From the NCBI RefSeq assembly GCF_009914755.1, contig NC_060926.1: a stretch of DNA of 64,000 bases; one strand, given 5' to 3'. Position numbers and translations under genes: made by a program. This stretch comes from the human T2T-CHM13v2.0 reference genome, Homo sapiens. The first letter of the stretch is position 1; each line of letters opens with the position of its first letter. Shown one piece after another: positions 27,653-41,364 of this stretch. The notes beneath the pieces were generated by a model, which saw nothing but the letters and a program-made list of their open reading frames with translations, ran no database searches and had not been told where the DNA came from.

Positions 27653-27975
27653 GGCTGGGCGCGGTGGCTCACGCCTGTAATCCCCACACTTTGGGAAGCC
27701 GAGGTGGGGGGATCATGAGGTCAGGAGATCGAAACCATCCTGGCTACCACAGTGAAACCCCGTCTCTACTGAAAATACAAAAAAAAAAAAAAAATTAGCC
27801 AGGCATGGTGGCGGGCACCTGTAGTCCCAGCTACTCGGGAGGCTGAGGCAGGAGAATGGCGTGAACCCGGGAGGCGGAGCTTGCAGGAGCCGAGATCACG
27901 CCATTGCACTCCAGTCTGGGCGACAAGAGCGAAACTCCATCTCAAAAAAACAAAAAATTTAAAAAAAATTTAAAA
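27653..27975 (+). mobile_element. AluY
   Basis: GGAGATCGAAACCATCCTGGCTA and GGCGTGAACCCGGGAGGCGGAGCTTGCAG diagnostics; TSD ending ATTTACTC. Confidence 0.95.
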
Positions 27976-28557
27976 AAATTTACTCTTCTCTGTAGCTAAT
28001 GGTAATTTGATAGAAATTTCTGAAAAAACACAGACTTATGATTACCTGGGTACATCTTTGTTCCATTCAATTGAATGAATTTAAGATAAAGTGTACACCC
28101 AATTTATTGCCTCACTGCCTCGAAACCACCTATTTTGTCGTATATTGCTAATGAGACTTGGCATTTATTTCAATGAGTGCTCCTGAGTCATCCTTTTAAG
28201 TTACAACAATTCAACCAAGGTGTGATCTTGGTTCACCCCTGCCACTTAAAATCTGTATAAGATGATTTTCAACTATGAGCTTACATACTGCGGGAAATCT
28301 GAAGGTTTTCATGGGCATATTTAGAATTTCTTGGGGTTTCTATTATTCTTTTGTTAGCCCTGGCTCCGATTTCCAGCTCTATTCAATATTCTCCTGCATT
28401 TTGTGTCTTGTGACTGGGCCCTTTATTCTTTTTTTGGTGTCTTCTATTTACACATTGCCAACCCCTCAGTACTAACACACACTCCTCCATCTCACCCACA
28501 CAAGGCAGCTCTTAGAGATAAACATTTGCTGAAGAAAATGAGAAAATGCTAGAGATC

Positions 28558-28893
<336 letters not shown>

Positions 28894-29728
28894 TGAAAAT
28901 TGGACATCACTTTTCTCTATTCTTAACCTTAATGATTATTGTCAACTCAAGATCCAAATTTTTATAAGTTGACCCAGCACCTCCTACTTTCCCTTCTACC
29001 TCATTAAATCTCCTCTGTTCTCCATTGCCCACTCTCCCTATCAATCCTATTTTTTTGAAAAAGAAGTTTGGCCAGGGTTTATTTCCTCCTTCTAATATAT
29101 TTCTAAATGCCTTACCTTCCACTTTCAAGGAGTTTATCAAGGTTTTTCCCCAAATATAATTCTTTCCCTCAGGGGGAATAAATTACCAGTCAGTAAAATA
29201 TTTTTCTAACTTCTCTATATAAAGAAATTTTAAAATATCTCATTTATTTTAGATAAAATAGTGACCACCTCAATGTAACCTCTCATTTTCCTGCTCAAGT
29301 GGAAAACCATCATGAGTCTCACCATCACCATTGCCACAACCACCATGATGACATTTTAATAACAGACAACTTTCTTGTATTATATTCCTTCAGTTGACAA
29401 AGAAAAATGGAATGGCAATGCATTTTTTAAAAATTGATTTGAGCTAGCTTAAAACAAGGGTAATTGTAAAGCTGGACATTTGTGTCCTAAGGAGATTCCT
29501 CACTGGGCAAATGGCTCAGTAATGGCCACAATCTTTTAGCCAGTCTTTACACTCACAAGCCCGGCTGCACAGTGTGAAATTGAAAAGAAAAAGTAACTAT
29601 GTCTGTTCTGCATAATATGTAAACATTTGGCATCCTTTGTGAGCAAAGTTGTGCTAAGAAACAGCTAGAAAAATGTCATTTCCATATATATTTAGATTTC
29701 ACTGTCTCTGAGAGTTCAGTTATTCTTG

Positions 29729-29729
<1 letters not shown>

Positions 29730-29775
<46 letters not shown>
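29730..29775. repeat. (TG)n microsatellite
   Basis: Uninterrupted TG array, ~23 units. Confidence 0.98.
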
Positions 29776-29776
<1 letters not shown>

Positions 29777-30621
29777 TTACCTAATGATTACCTACTTGGA
29801 CAACAGAAGAATTAGGAGACCTATCTGCAACTCACACTGGTGGGAAACTATAGAAGAGGCTAAACTTAAATGTTCACACCTGGACTGGACTGGAGGTGAG
29901 GCTCAGAGTAGCACATGCCCTATTGGAGCCTCCAGGATATTAGTTTAGACTTACAGACTGATGGGATGAGATGACTCCATAGTGAGTAGGCAGCATTTTC
30001 AAAAGACAGATGAAGTAGAAGGGAGCTCTCTTTCAACAGAAAACAAATTTGAACACTGGGGAAGAAAGGAAAGCTAGGAACTGCAGTGGACCCACTGCAG
30101 TGGACTTTGGTTTGCTAGGGGCTCAGTTTCCCTCACATATTCTCCCATCTTCATTTTCATTCCTTCTGACCCCCAACCCTCACCTAACAGCATTTGAGAA
30201 GGTCATATAACCACTTGTGCACAATGCAGTGTGGAGGACAAAGTACAAGGTGGTAAAAGCAGACGGGTTCTGCCCCATATTCTTCCTTTGCTGGGCCCAA
30301 GAAGGATGCAACCCGACAGTAAGGGACACTGCCAGGAGTTCTAGGCCATCAAAGGCAGTGGACAGGACTGAGCAGTCACTCCTGCAGAGCCAAAGTCAGT
30401 GAGATAGAGCAAGAGATGACTCGGGAGGGATAGGAGTCCAACTCTATGCCCCAATATATACCAAAGGAGGTGACCCTCAAAGCGAGTGGAAGGCAGAGGC
30501 TTGGCTTATTCCTGGTGGAAGAATCAAATGGCATTGGGCACCTCAGATGCATCAGCAATGTCAACTCAACAATAAAGGACATTGTGTTATAGTAATGTGA
30601 AATGAAAGAAAAGAAATATTC

Positions 30622-30629
30622 TTTTTCTT

Positions 30630-30662
<33 letters not shown>

Positions 30663-30942
30663 TTAGACGGAGTCTCGCTCTGTCATTCAGGCTGGAGTGC
30701 AGTGTTGCAATCTCGGCTCACTGCAACCTCCGCCTTCTGTGTTCAAGCAATTCTCTTCCTCAGCCTCCCGAGTAGCTGGGATTACAGGTGCCCGCCACAA
30801 CGCCTGGCTAATTTTTGTATTTTTAGTAGAGACGGGGTTTCACCATCTTGACCAGGCTGGTCTTGAACTCCTGACCTCATGATCCACTCGCCTCGGTCTC
30901 CCAAAGTGCTGGGAATACAGGCGTGGGCTACTGCGCCTGGAC
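30622..30942 (-). mobile_element. AluS (tandem pair, copy 1)
   Basis: Reverse Alu with long poly(T). Confidence 0.95.
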
Positions 30943-31251
30943 TTTTTTTTTTTTTCTTTTTTTTTTTAGACGGAGTCTCGCACTGTCGCCCAGGCTGGGG
31001 TGCAGTGACGGATCTCAGCTCACTGCAACCACCGCCTCGCCTCCCAGATTCAAGCGATTCTCCTGCCTCAGCCTCCTAAGTAGCTGGGATTACAGGCGCC
31101 CACCACCACACCTGGCTAATTTTTGTATTTTTGGTAGAGATGGGGTTTCGCCATGTTGGCCATCTGGTCTTTAACTCCTGACCTCAGGTGACCCACCCGC
31201 CTCAGCCTCCCAAAGTGCAGGGATTACAGGCATGAGCCACCGCACCCAGCC
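30943..31251 (-). mobile_element. AluS (tandem pair, copy 2)
   Basis: Reverse Alu; TSD GAAATATTCTTTTT at 30613-30626 and 31252-31265 encloses both copies. Confidence 0.95.
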
Positions 31252-31672
31252 GAAATATTCTTTTTCTAATGCTTATCTATAGGCATATCCAATTCAGGGA
31301 AAGGAAATGTGAGCTCTTTGGGAGATGCAGTTTTGGAATTGAACTCTGGAAGATATTTTGGATGTGAGGGCTAACTGCGACTTTTAATAATATTAATTTC
31401 TCACAGTAGTTGGGTGTTTTCCAATTTAAAAAGGGCTGACATTTACAAAAATGTATTTCTTTAGAAAGGTATGAATCTGGTAAAAGAGAAAATGATTGCT
31501 TTGCCCACTGGGGAGGTGCTTGGGGAGACTTCCTCTGCCTCATGTCACCTGCTGGTCTTTTCTGAACTCCATACTTGGGCGGGCATCCAGCACTCTAATC
31601 CATACCACACCCTCCTCATTTTGGCTCTTGAGAGAAAAACTGGTAAACAGTTTGGTTTTAGACAGCAAGTTC

Positions 31673-31789
31673 ATGCCTTTAGTAATAAGGAAAGCTTATT
31701 TCTAACTTCTCTGAAAAGGATATAATAATGCCTTTAATAAGGAAAGCTTATTCTGACTTCTCTGTAAAAGAAATAACCATAATGCTTTT
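31673..31789. repeat. ~55-bp tandem duplication
   Basis: ATGCCTTT(AGT)AATAAGGAAAGCTTATT(T)CT(A/G)ACTTCTCTG repeated twice. Confidence 0.9.
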
Positions 31790-31876
31790 GTTGAAGTGAC
31801 ATCACTGAACTATAATTATTTTCTAGTACAGAGGGGTGTGTAAGGAGGAATTTTGTAGAATATGTAATGTGCAGTA

Positions 31877-32140
31877 GTAATCCCAGCTACTCGGCAGGCT
31901 GAGGCAGACAATTGCTTGAACCTGGAAGGTGGAGGTTGCAGTAAGCCGAGATCACGCCACTGCACTCTAGTCTGGGTGACAGAGTGAAACTCGGTCAAAA
32001 AAAAAAAAAAGAAAGAAAGAAAAGAAAGAGAGAGAGAGAAAGAAAGAAAGAAGGAAGGAAGGAAGGAAGGAAGGAAAGAAAGAAAGAAAAAGAAAAAAAG
32101 AAAGAAAAGAAAGAAAGAAGGAAAGAAGGAAAGAAAGAAA
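31877..32140 (+). mobile_element. 5'-truncated Alu with expanded (GAAA/GGAA)n tail
   Basis: GTAATCCCAGCTACTCGG...AAACTCGGTC then a purine-only tract to 32140. Confidence 0.92.
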
Positions 32141-32167
32141 GTTCAGAGTAGAGGTTTTTCAAGATAT

Positions 32168-32357
32168 TGTGATAGTTAACTTTATGTGTCAACTTTGCTA
32201 GGCCACAGTCCCCAGATATTTGGTCCAACATTATTCTAGATGTTTCTGTGAAGGCATTTTTTTAGATAAGATTAACACTTAAATCAGTAGACTTAGAGTA
32301 AAGCAGATTACCCTCCGTAATGTAGGTGGGCCTTACTCAGTTAGTTGAAGGCCTTAA

Positions 32358-32402
<45 letters not shown>

Positions 32403-32583
32403 CAACAATAATAAAGCCTGATGTCCCCAGGGGAGAGAATTCTGCCAGCTGACGGCCTTTGTTCTCCACCTGCAACATCACCTCTTTCCTGGGTCTCCAG
32501 CCTGCCAGTCTACCTTGCAGACTTTGAACTTGACAGCCTCCACAATCATGTAAGCCAATTGCTTAAAACCTCTCTCTGGGTGT

Positions 32584-32626
<43 letters not shown>

Positions 32627-32677
32627 CTCTCTCTCTCTCTCTCGGTTCTATTTCTCTGGAGACCCCAGGCTAATACA
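32168..32677 (+). mobile_element. MLT2 (C/D-like) ERVL solo LTR with internal (AAT)n and (CA)n(CT)n
   Basis: TGTGATAGTTAACTTTATGTGTCAAC...CTAATACA; 5-bp TSD GATAT at 32163-32167 and 32678-32682. Confidence 0.9.
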
Positions 32678-35289
32678 GATATTAAGAATATCTTGCACCA
32701 TGACTATTCCATTAATAAAATTCCATTCTCATTTTTTATTTGAAGGAGAGAAAATCATTTTATAAATCAAGAGGATGTGCCAGTTTACAACAGTTTTGTC
32801 CAAATGCCAATTTACCCTTTCTTGAAAAGGTACTCTTGAAAGAAGATAGAAATCTCCACCCCTTCCATGAGCCACGGAATTAGTAGGGAATCCCTTGATC
32901 AAAACTAAATGTCATATTGGTATTCAAGAAATTTTCCATAATTACACATGAATTCAATAAGAATAACCCACCTGCTGCAGGGTGTGAGAGGGAACCTGAC
33001 AGAGAATAAAATGGAAAGACAGAGCTGGTGGCACCAAATGACCACAGTCTACCTGGTGCAGGGGATGGACTCTGGAGATAGGGTGGATTCCAGGTATTAG
33101 TAACAGCACAGTGACAAGAAAAGCTTCAAGTAGCTCATCCTACCAAAGTCACTTTACTACCAATAAATCACAGAAATCCCAAAAGCATTGCATTCAAATC
33201 ATAAGAAGAAAAACCTCTTACCTTCAAAACTCTTTCCCCACATGCAAATCCCTGGTGGCTTAGCTTAAAAGCCAGAAGCATTTGAAAAGAATACTATTTA
33301 TCTATTAATCATGGATTTTTCTGCCAACTTTTTCAGACTAAAGATTGTTCTGATATGTAAGAAATTCAGAAGAAACACTAGATTTGCTTTTAAAAGAGTA
33401 AGCTTCCTTTATAAAAAAGATTATATTTTACTGTACAAATTAAATTAGGAGTTATTTTTTTCAAAAGCACTGATTTCTAAATTTTTTGACTATCATATTT
33501 CTACAAGTGTCATTTAAACTACTAATCAAAATGTTCAAAATAACTGAGTTAAAGTAAAATTTAACAAATACATATTTCACAAATTAAAGTGTCTTTAGGT
33601 ATGCAACCCTAACCATGAGTGTATATTTAGAAATTATATTCTTGTAATATTTACTAATGTGTCATGACTGTTATAAAACAAATACAAAGGTAGAACATTT
33701 TAGAGAACAGTGTAAAAAAAAATTTTGAAAGATCTAGTATTCTTTCTTTATTCCACAATAGGTGGTCTTGTTTAGACCCCACATAGAGGAAGACTGCCAT
33801 AGAGAGCACCTCTTCAATTTCTGGCCATCTGAACTCCTATAGAGTATTAATCTACTGGAAATATAAAAGTGATAACTTTATTTTAGCTTGATAAATACAA
33901 ATCAGTCCAATGTGGCCTAAACTATTACTATAAAAATTGTTCTAGAAATTCCTTTATCATAGTGATATCATACAAATCTCTGACTTTTCTCCCTGATGTG
34001 TTTCTGGGGAAAGTGCTTTTCTAAAGTCCTCAAGAAGCCACTTCAGTACTTCCTCAGAACATAGTTTCATATCTCTTTGTTCAGTACATTTATCTTTGCT
34101 GCTTTTTTAAATGGCACATCACGTTCTACATTTGTGATTTATTTTTTAGCCCTTCTGTCTCCCACAATACAAATTTAAACTTCCAAGGGCAGGCAAAGCG
34201 TCTTCTGTGCCTCTCATTGCTCTGCAAGTAATGGGTGATCCTTAGAGTCATGTTTACTCAGTTCTTCAGAGAAGGAAAGTAATTGATGATCTCACTCTGG
34301 TCAGAGAAAGCAAAATAACTTTAATGGTGTCAAACAAATCGCAGTGGCCTTTATTCATAATGCATTCTCTTGAAAGGCCAGCTTGCTGCAAATATATGCC
34401 CTGGACCAGCTGAGCAATAAAAAGAACAAGGGTTTGTGACACAATGTTCCAGGAAGTCTGCCAGCCACATTCCTGAGCCTTCTGCAGGGTAGGAAAAGGG
34501 CAGCTAGCTTCAAATGCAAGCAAGCCCAGGAGAGAATGAGAAGAGCACAGTGTACCCTCAATACTTGTCAACCCTAACATGAGGATGCACTTGGTCACCA
34601 TTTTCCAAAAGGAAGGTCAGAACCTCTGAACCTTCCTTGTGCAGAAGTTTTGAAGGTCTGAAGGTGTGTTAGTGGTCCACAGATTCACATTCAAGATACT
34701 CAGAACAACAACAAAAAAATCAGGACTAAATTGAGCATTATGATATCATTGTTAGTCATTCCTCCAGTAAAGTAATGAGTTATTTACTATAAAGTGTGAA
34801 GTACATGGGAGAAAGTATTATGCTGCAAAGGACCATGAAATTTATTTTGTTTCAACAGAAAACACAGTATCTCAGAAATGGAAGAAAATTTCTCTGCCCA
34901 ACTCCTTTGTTTATGTCAATTTTTTTTTTTTTTTTATTTAATAGGTGAGGAAGCTGAGCATTGGAACTTGTATATTTTCTGAAATACACAAGTAGCTAGT
35001 GGAAGTGTCAGGATTGGATTCAGGGCAGAATAACACAAGAGCTAACACTAAGAACTAATTTATTTTATATTTAGTCCTTAGGTCTTTGAAGTATTAATAT
35101 TTCAGTGTTAAATAACTGGGGAGGTGGGAAAGGGGACAGGAGCAGAAGAAATGTGTTGATTTGCCAAGTCATTTCAAGACCAAGACTCATATTTACATTT
35201 TATTTTTGATTGTAAAATTATTACATTTGTGGTAATAAGTTACATCACTATAGAATTGCATTATAAAGACAAAAACCACTAACCTCAAG

Positions 35290-35944
35290 AGTTGTCGCCG
35301 GTCGGCGTGATCCTGAAGTGTGTGTGTTCGTTTCTCAGGTAAAATATGGCTAAAAGCTTATGGAGTAAGTGGAAAAGAAAGATGCGTGCTGAAAAGAGAA
35401 AAAAGAATGCCCCAGAGGAGGTCAGCAGGCTTAAAAGTATTCTCAAACTAGACGATGACGTTTTAATGAAAGATGTTCAAGAGATAGCAACTGTGGTGGT
35501 ACCCAAACCCAAACATTGCCAAGAGAAAATGCAATGTGAGGTAAAAGATGAAAAAGATGACATGAAAATGGAGACTGATATTAAGAGAAACAAAAAGACT
35601 CTTCTAGACCAGCATGGACAGTACCCAATATGGATGAACCAAAGGCAAAGAAAAAGGCTAAAGGCAAAGCGAGAGAAAAGAAAGGAGAAAAACAAAGCAA
35701 AAGCAGTGAAAGTGGCAAAGGGTTTGGCCTGGTAGACTCTTAAAACCTTGGAAAATGCCACATGGGATAGATGACGGATTACAATGTATACACGTGTATA
35801 CTTTTATTTCAACTGCCACCAAATGAAAACCATTTGTTTTCCTATTTTAACTTGGCCTTTTTTCTTCAATTCAAACCCAGCATAACTCCTCAAGTTTGTT
35901 TTGGGAACTTGAATAAAATATTTTCTTTGATACAAAAAAAAAAA
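35290..35944 (+). pseudogene. LLPH: Processed retrocopy of LLPH (LLP homolog)
   Basis: Intronless near-identical LLPH coding sequence with CpG-containing 5' UTR remnant, 3' UTR, AATAAA at 35912-35917 and poly(A) at 35934-35944; sits within old L1ME-like DNA. The symbol is that of the parent gene; 5' boundary approximate. Confidence 0.93.
35346..35735 (+). CDS. LLPH: Intact 129-aa LLPH-like ORF within the retrocopy (expression unknown)
   Basis: [20 protein letters not shown]...[16 protein letters not shown]...KGLAW; ATG to TAG, same length as recalled human LLPH. Confidence 0.4.
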   Translation: MAKSLWSKWKRKMRAEKRKKNAPEEVSRLKSILKLDDDVLMKDVQEIATVVVPKPKHCQEKMQCEVKDEKDDMKMETDIKRNKKTLLDQHGQYPIWMNQRQRKRLKAKREKRKEKNKAKAVKVAKGLAW

Positions 35945-36375
35945 CATTTGTCACTGTAAATAGCTATGCAAGTATTATTTCAAATCTTTTTCTATGTTAG
36001 CCTAATACGCATGCACACACACTCATTTGTATGATACATTTATGCACATATATAAACAAAAATGTTTTTTGTTTCAAAATGGGTACATACTAGGCAAATT
36101 GCTCAGTAATTTGCTGTTTTTCACCTAACAATAAATCAGAGATGTCTTCCTATGGCAGCATGCATAGATCTGCCTCGTTCTTTTTAATGGCAATATCATA
36201 TTTCATAGTACGTATGTACTGTTGTTTATTCTCCTATTGAGGGAAAAGTAGGTCAGTTCCAATTAGTTACTCTTAAAGAAAATGCTGCGTTAAACATATG
36301 AACCCCAATTGTGATGCTATTTCTTCAGGTCAAATATCTAAAAATGGGATTGCTGGGTCTTATTGCTGAATTATT
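35945..36375 (-). mobile_element. L1ME fragment (host of the LLPH insertion)
   Basis: CATAGATCTGCCTCGTTCTTTTTAATGGC...AATGGGATTGCTGGGTC reverse L1 motifs. Confidence 0.6.
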
Positions 36376-36999
36376 TTAACAAGACTTGTAACACAGGTGT
36401 TTGGGGTTTTTGTTTGTTTTCAGAGGGGATTTTTCCTACACATTTAAGTAAAACCTTTGAGAAACTACTTCAACTAGATGCTGAATTACACCTCTAGTGT
36501 GTATTCTCTTGTTTTCTGAGTCCACTTTTAAGATCTCTTAATTATAAGATTTTTTAAAATTTATCTTGAAAAGCAATATAATGAATGAAAAATGAGTACA
36601 AGTCCACGAATATTCATGTCCCACGGTACATGTTTGGAAATAACTTTCATTTTCAAACTCTGACCTACTTATGACCTTCAAAGTTATACTACTACACTGT
36701 GATACAAAACAGCTTTACATCACAGACTCTAAAACAAAAGAGCAAGTATCAAAGATAGCATATTTGATGATATCAACTGGTCCTTCTTCACCTCTCACTC
36801 CTCTCTTGATATTTGCTAGGCATCCCTAACATTAAATTTTAAAATCCTTCACATGCGCCAGGTGTCACATATACCCCTGAGACAGCAGCAGTTACAAACC
36901 TATTCAAGCATGCTGCAGGAAAACTTGATCTTAGTCCATTAGTACTTTGTAGAATTTCAAATTGGAAAAGACTTTAGAATAAAGAGAGGAAGAAAACTA

Positions 37000-37195
37000 A
37001 CTTTTACCAGAACACCTGCATGTGTAGACACTCCTTGGAGATCACCTCTTCTGTTTTTCACAGCCTTCTTGCAGGGGAACTATCCATGGATCCTAAATGA
37101 AGATTGTTCAAGGAAACTTACACAGCTGGTACATGATGGATCGGGAATGCAAATCCAGATCTTCTGACTCTAAAATCTATGTTTGTTCTGTTCCT
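37000..37195 (-). mobile_element. MIR fragment
   Basis: CACAGCTGGT...AATCCAGATCTTCTGACTCTAAAATC. Confidence 0.55.
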
Positions 37196-37246
37196 GGAAC
37201 TGCCTTTGTAATTGTCCATTCGGAATAAATGTTCTCTCATCTATAC

Positions 37247-37769
37247 CAGCAGTCTCCAAACTTTTTAACACCAGGGACCGGTTTTGTGGAAGACAATTTT
37301 TCCACAGACTGGGGGTGCAGGATGGTTTTGGGGTGATTTAAGCACATTACATTTATTGTGCACTTCATTTCTTTTATTATTACATGGTAATATATAATAA
37401 AATAATTATTCAACTCACCATAATGTAGAATCAGTGGGAGCCCTGAGCTTGTTTTCCTGCAACTAGATGGTCCCATCTGGGGGTGATGAGCGACAGTGAC
37501 AGATCATCAGGCATTAGATTCTCATAAGGAGCATGCAACTTAGATCCCTCGCAGGCACAGTTTACAATAGGGTTCATGCTTTTGTGAGAATCTAATGCCA
37601 CCGCTAATCTGACAGGAGGTGGAGCTCAGGCAATAATGCAAGCAATGGGGAGCAGCTATAAATACAGATGAAGCTTTGCTCGCCTGCCCCTCACCTCCTG
37701 CTGTGTGGCCCAGTTCCTAACAGTCCATGGACGAGTACCGGTCCATGGCCCAGGTGTTGGGGACCCCTG
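37247..37769 (+). mobile_element. MER1A hAT-Charlie DNA transposon, full length
   Basis: CAGCAGTCTCCAAAC...GTTGGGGACCCCTG TIRs, CACCAGGGACCGGTTTTGTGGAAGACAATTTTTCCAC; 8-bp TSD ATCTATAC/ATCTACAC. Confidence 0.93.
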
Positions 37770-40700
37770 ATCTACACCATATAGGTGAGAGAATGTAAGT
37801 GTTTTTTCTGAAGCCCACATAGCTAGCAACAGTGCTAACTTCCAATCCAACATGACATCCAGTGAGATTGATGGGTTTAGTGTGATTTTGCAAATGGCCT
37901 TAATCCCGCCTAACACTCAATATTAAAATAGGTTTCTGTCTCCTCCTGCTGCTTCAGAGTCACTATGTTCCTATCTGTCTCCAGGGTCAGGGTTTCTAAT
38001 GTGGACGTCACAAACATTCCTTCTGTCTAGTTACTTTCTCTCTAAAGGCTCTCCATTTGTCCACGGTATGAGCATAAACCACAATTGCATTTTGTGTATT
38101 TCTTTCCATTTTCACTGCAGAACTTAAAATCCAGCAATATGTAACACCAATCTTAAATCCACACATGGCCAAAGAGAAAGGAGAAATTGAACAGCATGTT
38201 GTGGTTGACATTGCTCAGATACTCCAAGGAACTGGAATAGTAATTTTACAGCTGAGATGGAATTAGGGCTCTCAGTTCCAATGATGAAGAGACAGGTCCC
38301 TGTAGTGGCCTCTTAGGAAACCATTGCAGTCCCCATTGTCATTAAAAATACTCATAAACTCTTCAGCAATAAAGTCTGTGGCTGCTATCTTCTGGAACTT
38401 CTGAAGAGGCTGACTGAAACTTCATGTTTCAGAGACTTTTTACAAATAACCACTGGATAAACAATAACTTCACCAAGGTTCCCCTTAGTTTGATTTTATC
38501 TTCAGTTAGCTACTAGATTTGAGCTGTAGCAATCTGTACATTAGATCCACATACTGCATAGCTTTTTTCTTTACTAGAAATTTAAGACTATAAGAGGGCT
38601 CTCATTATATTTAAAGCATTCATCAAATGAACAAAACTAAGTGGGTTTAAGTAGAATTTACTATACACACTTAGAGGAACTAAATAACTGACCCTTTCCT
38701 TCCAGTTAAAGGCATCAACTTGAAAATTATGTACTATTGTATTTTCCAGTAAATTGGAGATAATAATCATAGTAGCAACTTTTTGTCTATATATTAAAGA
38801 AGACCCAGGAAAAATGAATTGTTTTTTAGTTTTCTTTTGAAATGTATCTTCCACAAATAGTTTCTGGAACTCTTCTATATGGCAAAATCTGTAATTCAGG
38901 CTTCAGGGCCTCTGTTCTCACTGTCTTTCTTGCTACATGGAATGAGCAGAAAGATATTCATGAAAGATTGACTATGTCCAATTTTCTATGAGTAAAAACA
39001 ACAGCAACATCAATATTTCAGGATCTGGAAAAAAAACATGGCTATTCTCTTTCCTTGAAAAGATTGTTAGAAATCATGGCATTTTAATGAATTCAAAATA
39101 ACAGAAGAGATTTTTGGGGCTGTTTGGCTTCTGAAAGTGCAGAGATAAATCAGATTTTCCATAACTTATATTTGAGGAAAAGAGATCCGATACTGTCCCT
39201 TTGTAGACCCATGGCAGTGTGAGGTACAAAGTAACCGGTGATCTTTTCATCACTGTCCTGGTGGACTTCTGGTTTCCAGGCAGTTTCAGCTGTCACATTT
39301 GCTTAAAGTTTACTGAGCTGTTTTTAGTTACTCATTCAAATATTCATAAGAAGCGAGGACTGCGGTTTGCTGTTTGGTAACAACTTCATTTTCGGCTCAC
39401 ACTCAGCTTGTCCTTGCCGACCGCTTCTTTGGACCCTGACTGGGCTTTACGTGGTCATGTGGCATTTCAAGGATAATGGGGTTTCCTTGGGAGTAGGCAA
39501 AAGAAACATGTTCCATCTTTTATCTCTGCTTGGCTGGATGATGCAAATAATTACAGAAGACAGTTATCGATTATTTGAGACAAGTGAAATAATCAAACCT
39601 ATATCAAGCACTGCTTTGTGCTACCTAAGGCGGCAGATCCTTTAATTATTCACCTTGTGAGACTATGTACACATCAGGAAATACTAAAATGGCAATATAT
39701 TGGTGCAAATATTTACTCAACAATATTGTTCTGGAATACAATAATGAAAGTACGTTTAATCTCTTGATATGTTCTTGGAAGAAACTGATGGACTGTACCA
39801 TTTCTTAGCACAGGAGAATCATAACTCTTCATTAGAAACTCTCTATTATTTGATTAAAACTCCGGTTAAATAAATCCTTTAGGTAGACAAGTTCTACTGC
39901 TTAGTGGGAAGCTAGTGTCTAATATACGAAATAGCTGCAGTAATAGTATAAATAAGCAATAGTATAATACACAAAGTGCAGTTCTTTAATGAAGCTATAA
40001 TATCAGCTATACACTGTAATTTTATCATCTAGGTTGCTGCAAAAAGACTTGTCAATCAAGACACATTTCTAAAATAACTTTATGCTTTGACATTAAAACT
40101 CTGAATTATCTGGGCTATACTGTACACCATATTTAGAGAAAGGGATTTTTTTTTACCAATTTATTATTTACATCAAATAATGCTCATTTTACAAGCAGAA
40201 ATGTATGCTTTTTTATTGAATTTGCAACTACTTTTTTTTAAAGACAACTTTACATTTGCACAGTTCTTCTCAACATGAATACCCATTCTGATGCTCCTGA
40301 GAGCATTTGTATATTCTAAAAAAGACTGAGCAGGTAAATTCTGTATTATTTCATTTGGATTAGGGGAAAAAACAACCCTATCTGAGGCAAAGCAAAAGGA
40401 ATTTCAATCTCACAGCCACTGCCCGATAAAAACCTGGAAAAGACCATTAATCTCATTTGTTTTCATTATAGCAAGGCTCGTTACCACAACTTTAGTTAAG
40501 GGAGTGCCAACATTTACACCAGCAATTATATATCAGCGAAATTAGTTCTAAAAAATGAAGCTCCTGGTACTATAAACCCTACATTATTTGCCGAGGTCTT
40601 TACGTGTTGGAATGGAGGAGGGTACATGTTTTGAATACTTGATAGAATAAACAATTCCTTAAATAATACCTAGCAGACACTGTAAATAATATTAATTCCT

Positions 40701-41364
40701 AAATGAAGTACCAACATTTCTACATATATGATATAATGTTTTATCTTTTAAAAGTAGATTTTTTTCCTGACATGTTTCTTCCATCTTTGTAAGAAAGTAT
40801 GAGAAAATGTAAATTTACTCTTTCCTGTTAATCTTTTTAACAGTTCCATGAATGAAAGCGCTATCCAAAGTAGAGATTTCAAACACCAGCGGATGGTAAA
40901 GGGAATGCATGTTAGAAACATGCTGTGCATTAAACAGAGGCAAAGACAACGAAGGCTTCATTAAATCAGAACATCTAGCTCTAGTGACATGAAGGAATCT
41001 GAGGACTGTGACCTACAGTCCATGTGGTAAAATGCTGGTCTTCTATGCAACTTAGAAAAAAGGTTAGAATGAATATTTCAGAAGTGTCCTTCTCACCGAA
41101 AGCAAATTTAATTTCAAGCAGTAGGAGAAAATGGATCGTTAAGGTTTAGTAGGGTTTCACTTTTTCAGAAATGTAGGTACTGTGGCTACACTGTTTATAC
41201 TAGGAAAGGCAATCCTTTCTTCCCCACCAGCAATAAGATATCCCAAGGCAGGGTCCAGAAACTGCATCAGTCTAAGGGAGGTAAACTAACTTCCAAAGGG
41301 GAGATCTGAATGCCAGGTAGTTTATTCAGTGAATGCAGGATGATGATGCACTTAATAATTACAA

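Noticed and set aside
31825-32148. AGTACAGAG / AGTTCAGAG as a TSD implying ~43 nt of extra 5' sequence on the truncated Alu
   Set aside because: Only an 8/9 match; compatible with chance
35477-35761. Antisense 94-aa ORF over the LLPH copy
   Set aside because: Shadow ORF of a coding sequence; no independent support
35287-35953. AAGAGTTGTCGC / AACATTTGTCAC as the LLPH retrocopy TSD
   Set aside because: Three mismatches in 12 bp is high for a young copy; not accepted as evidence
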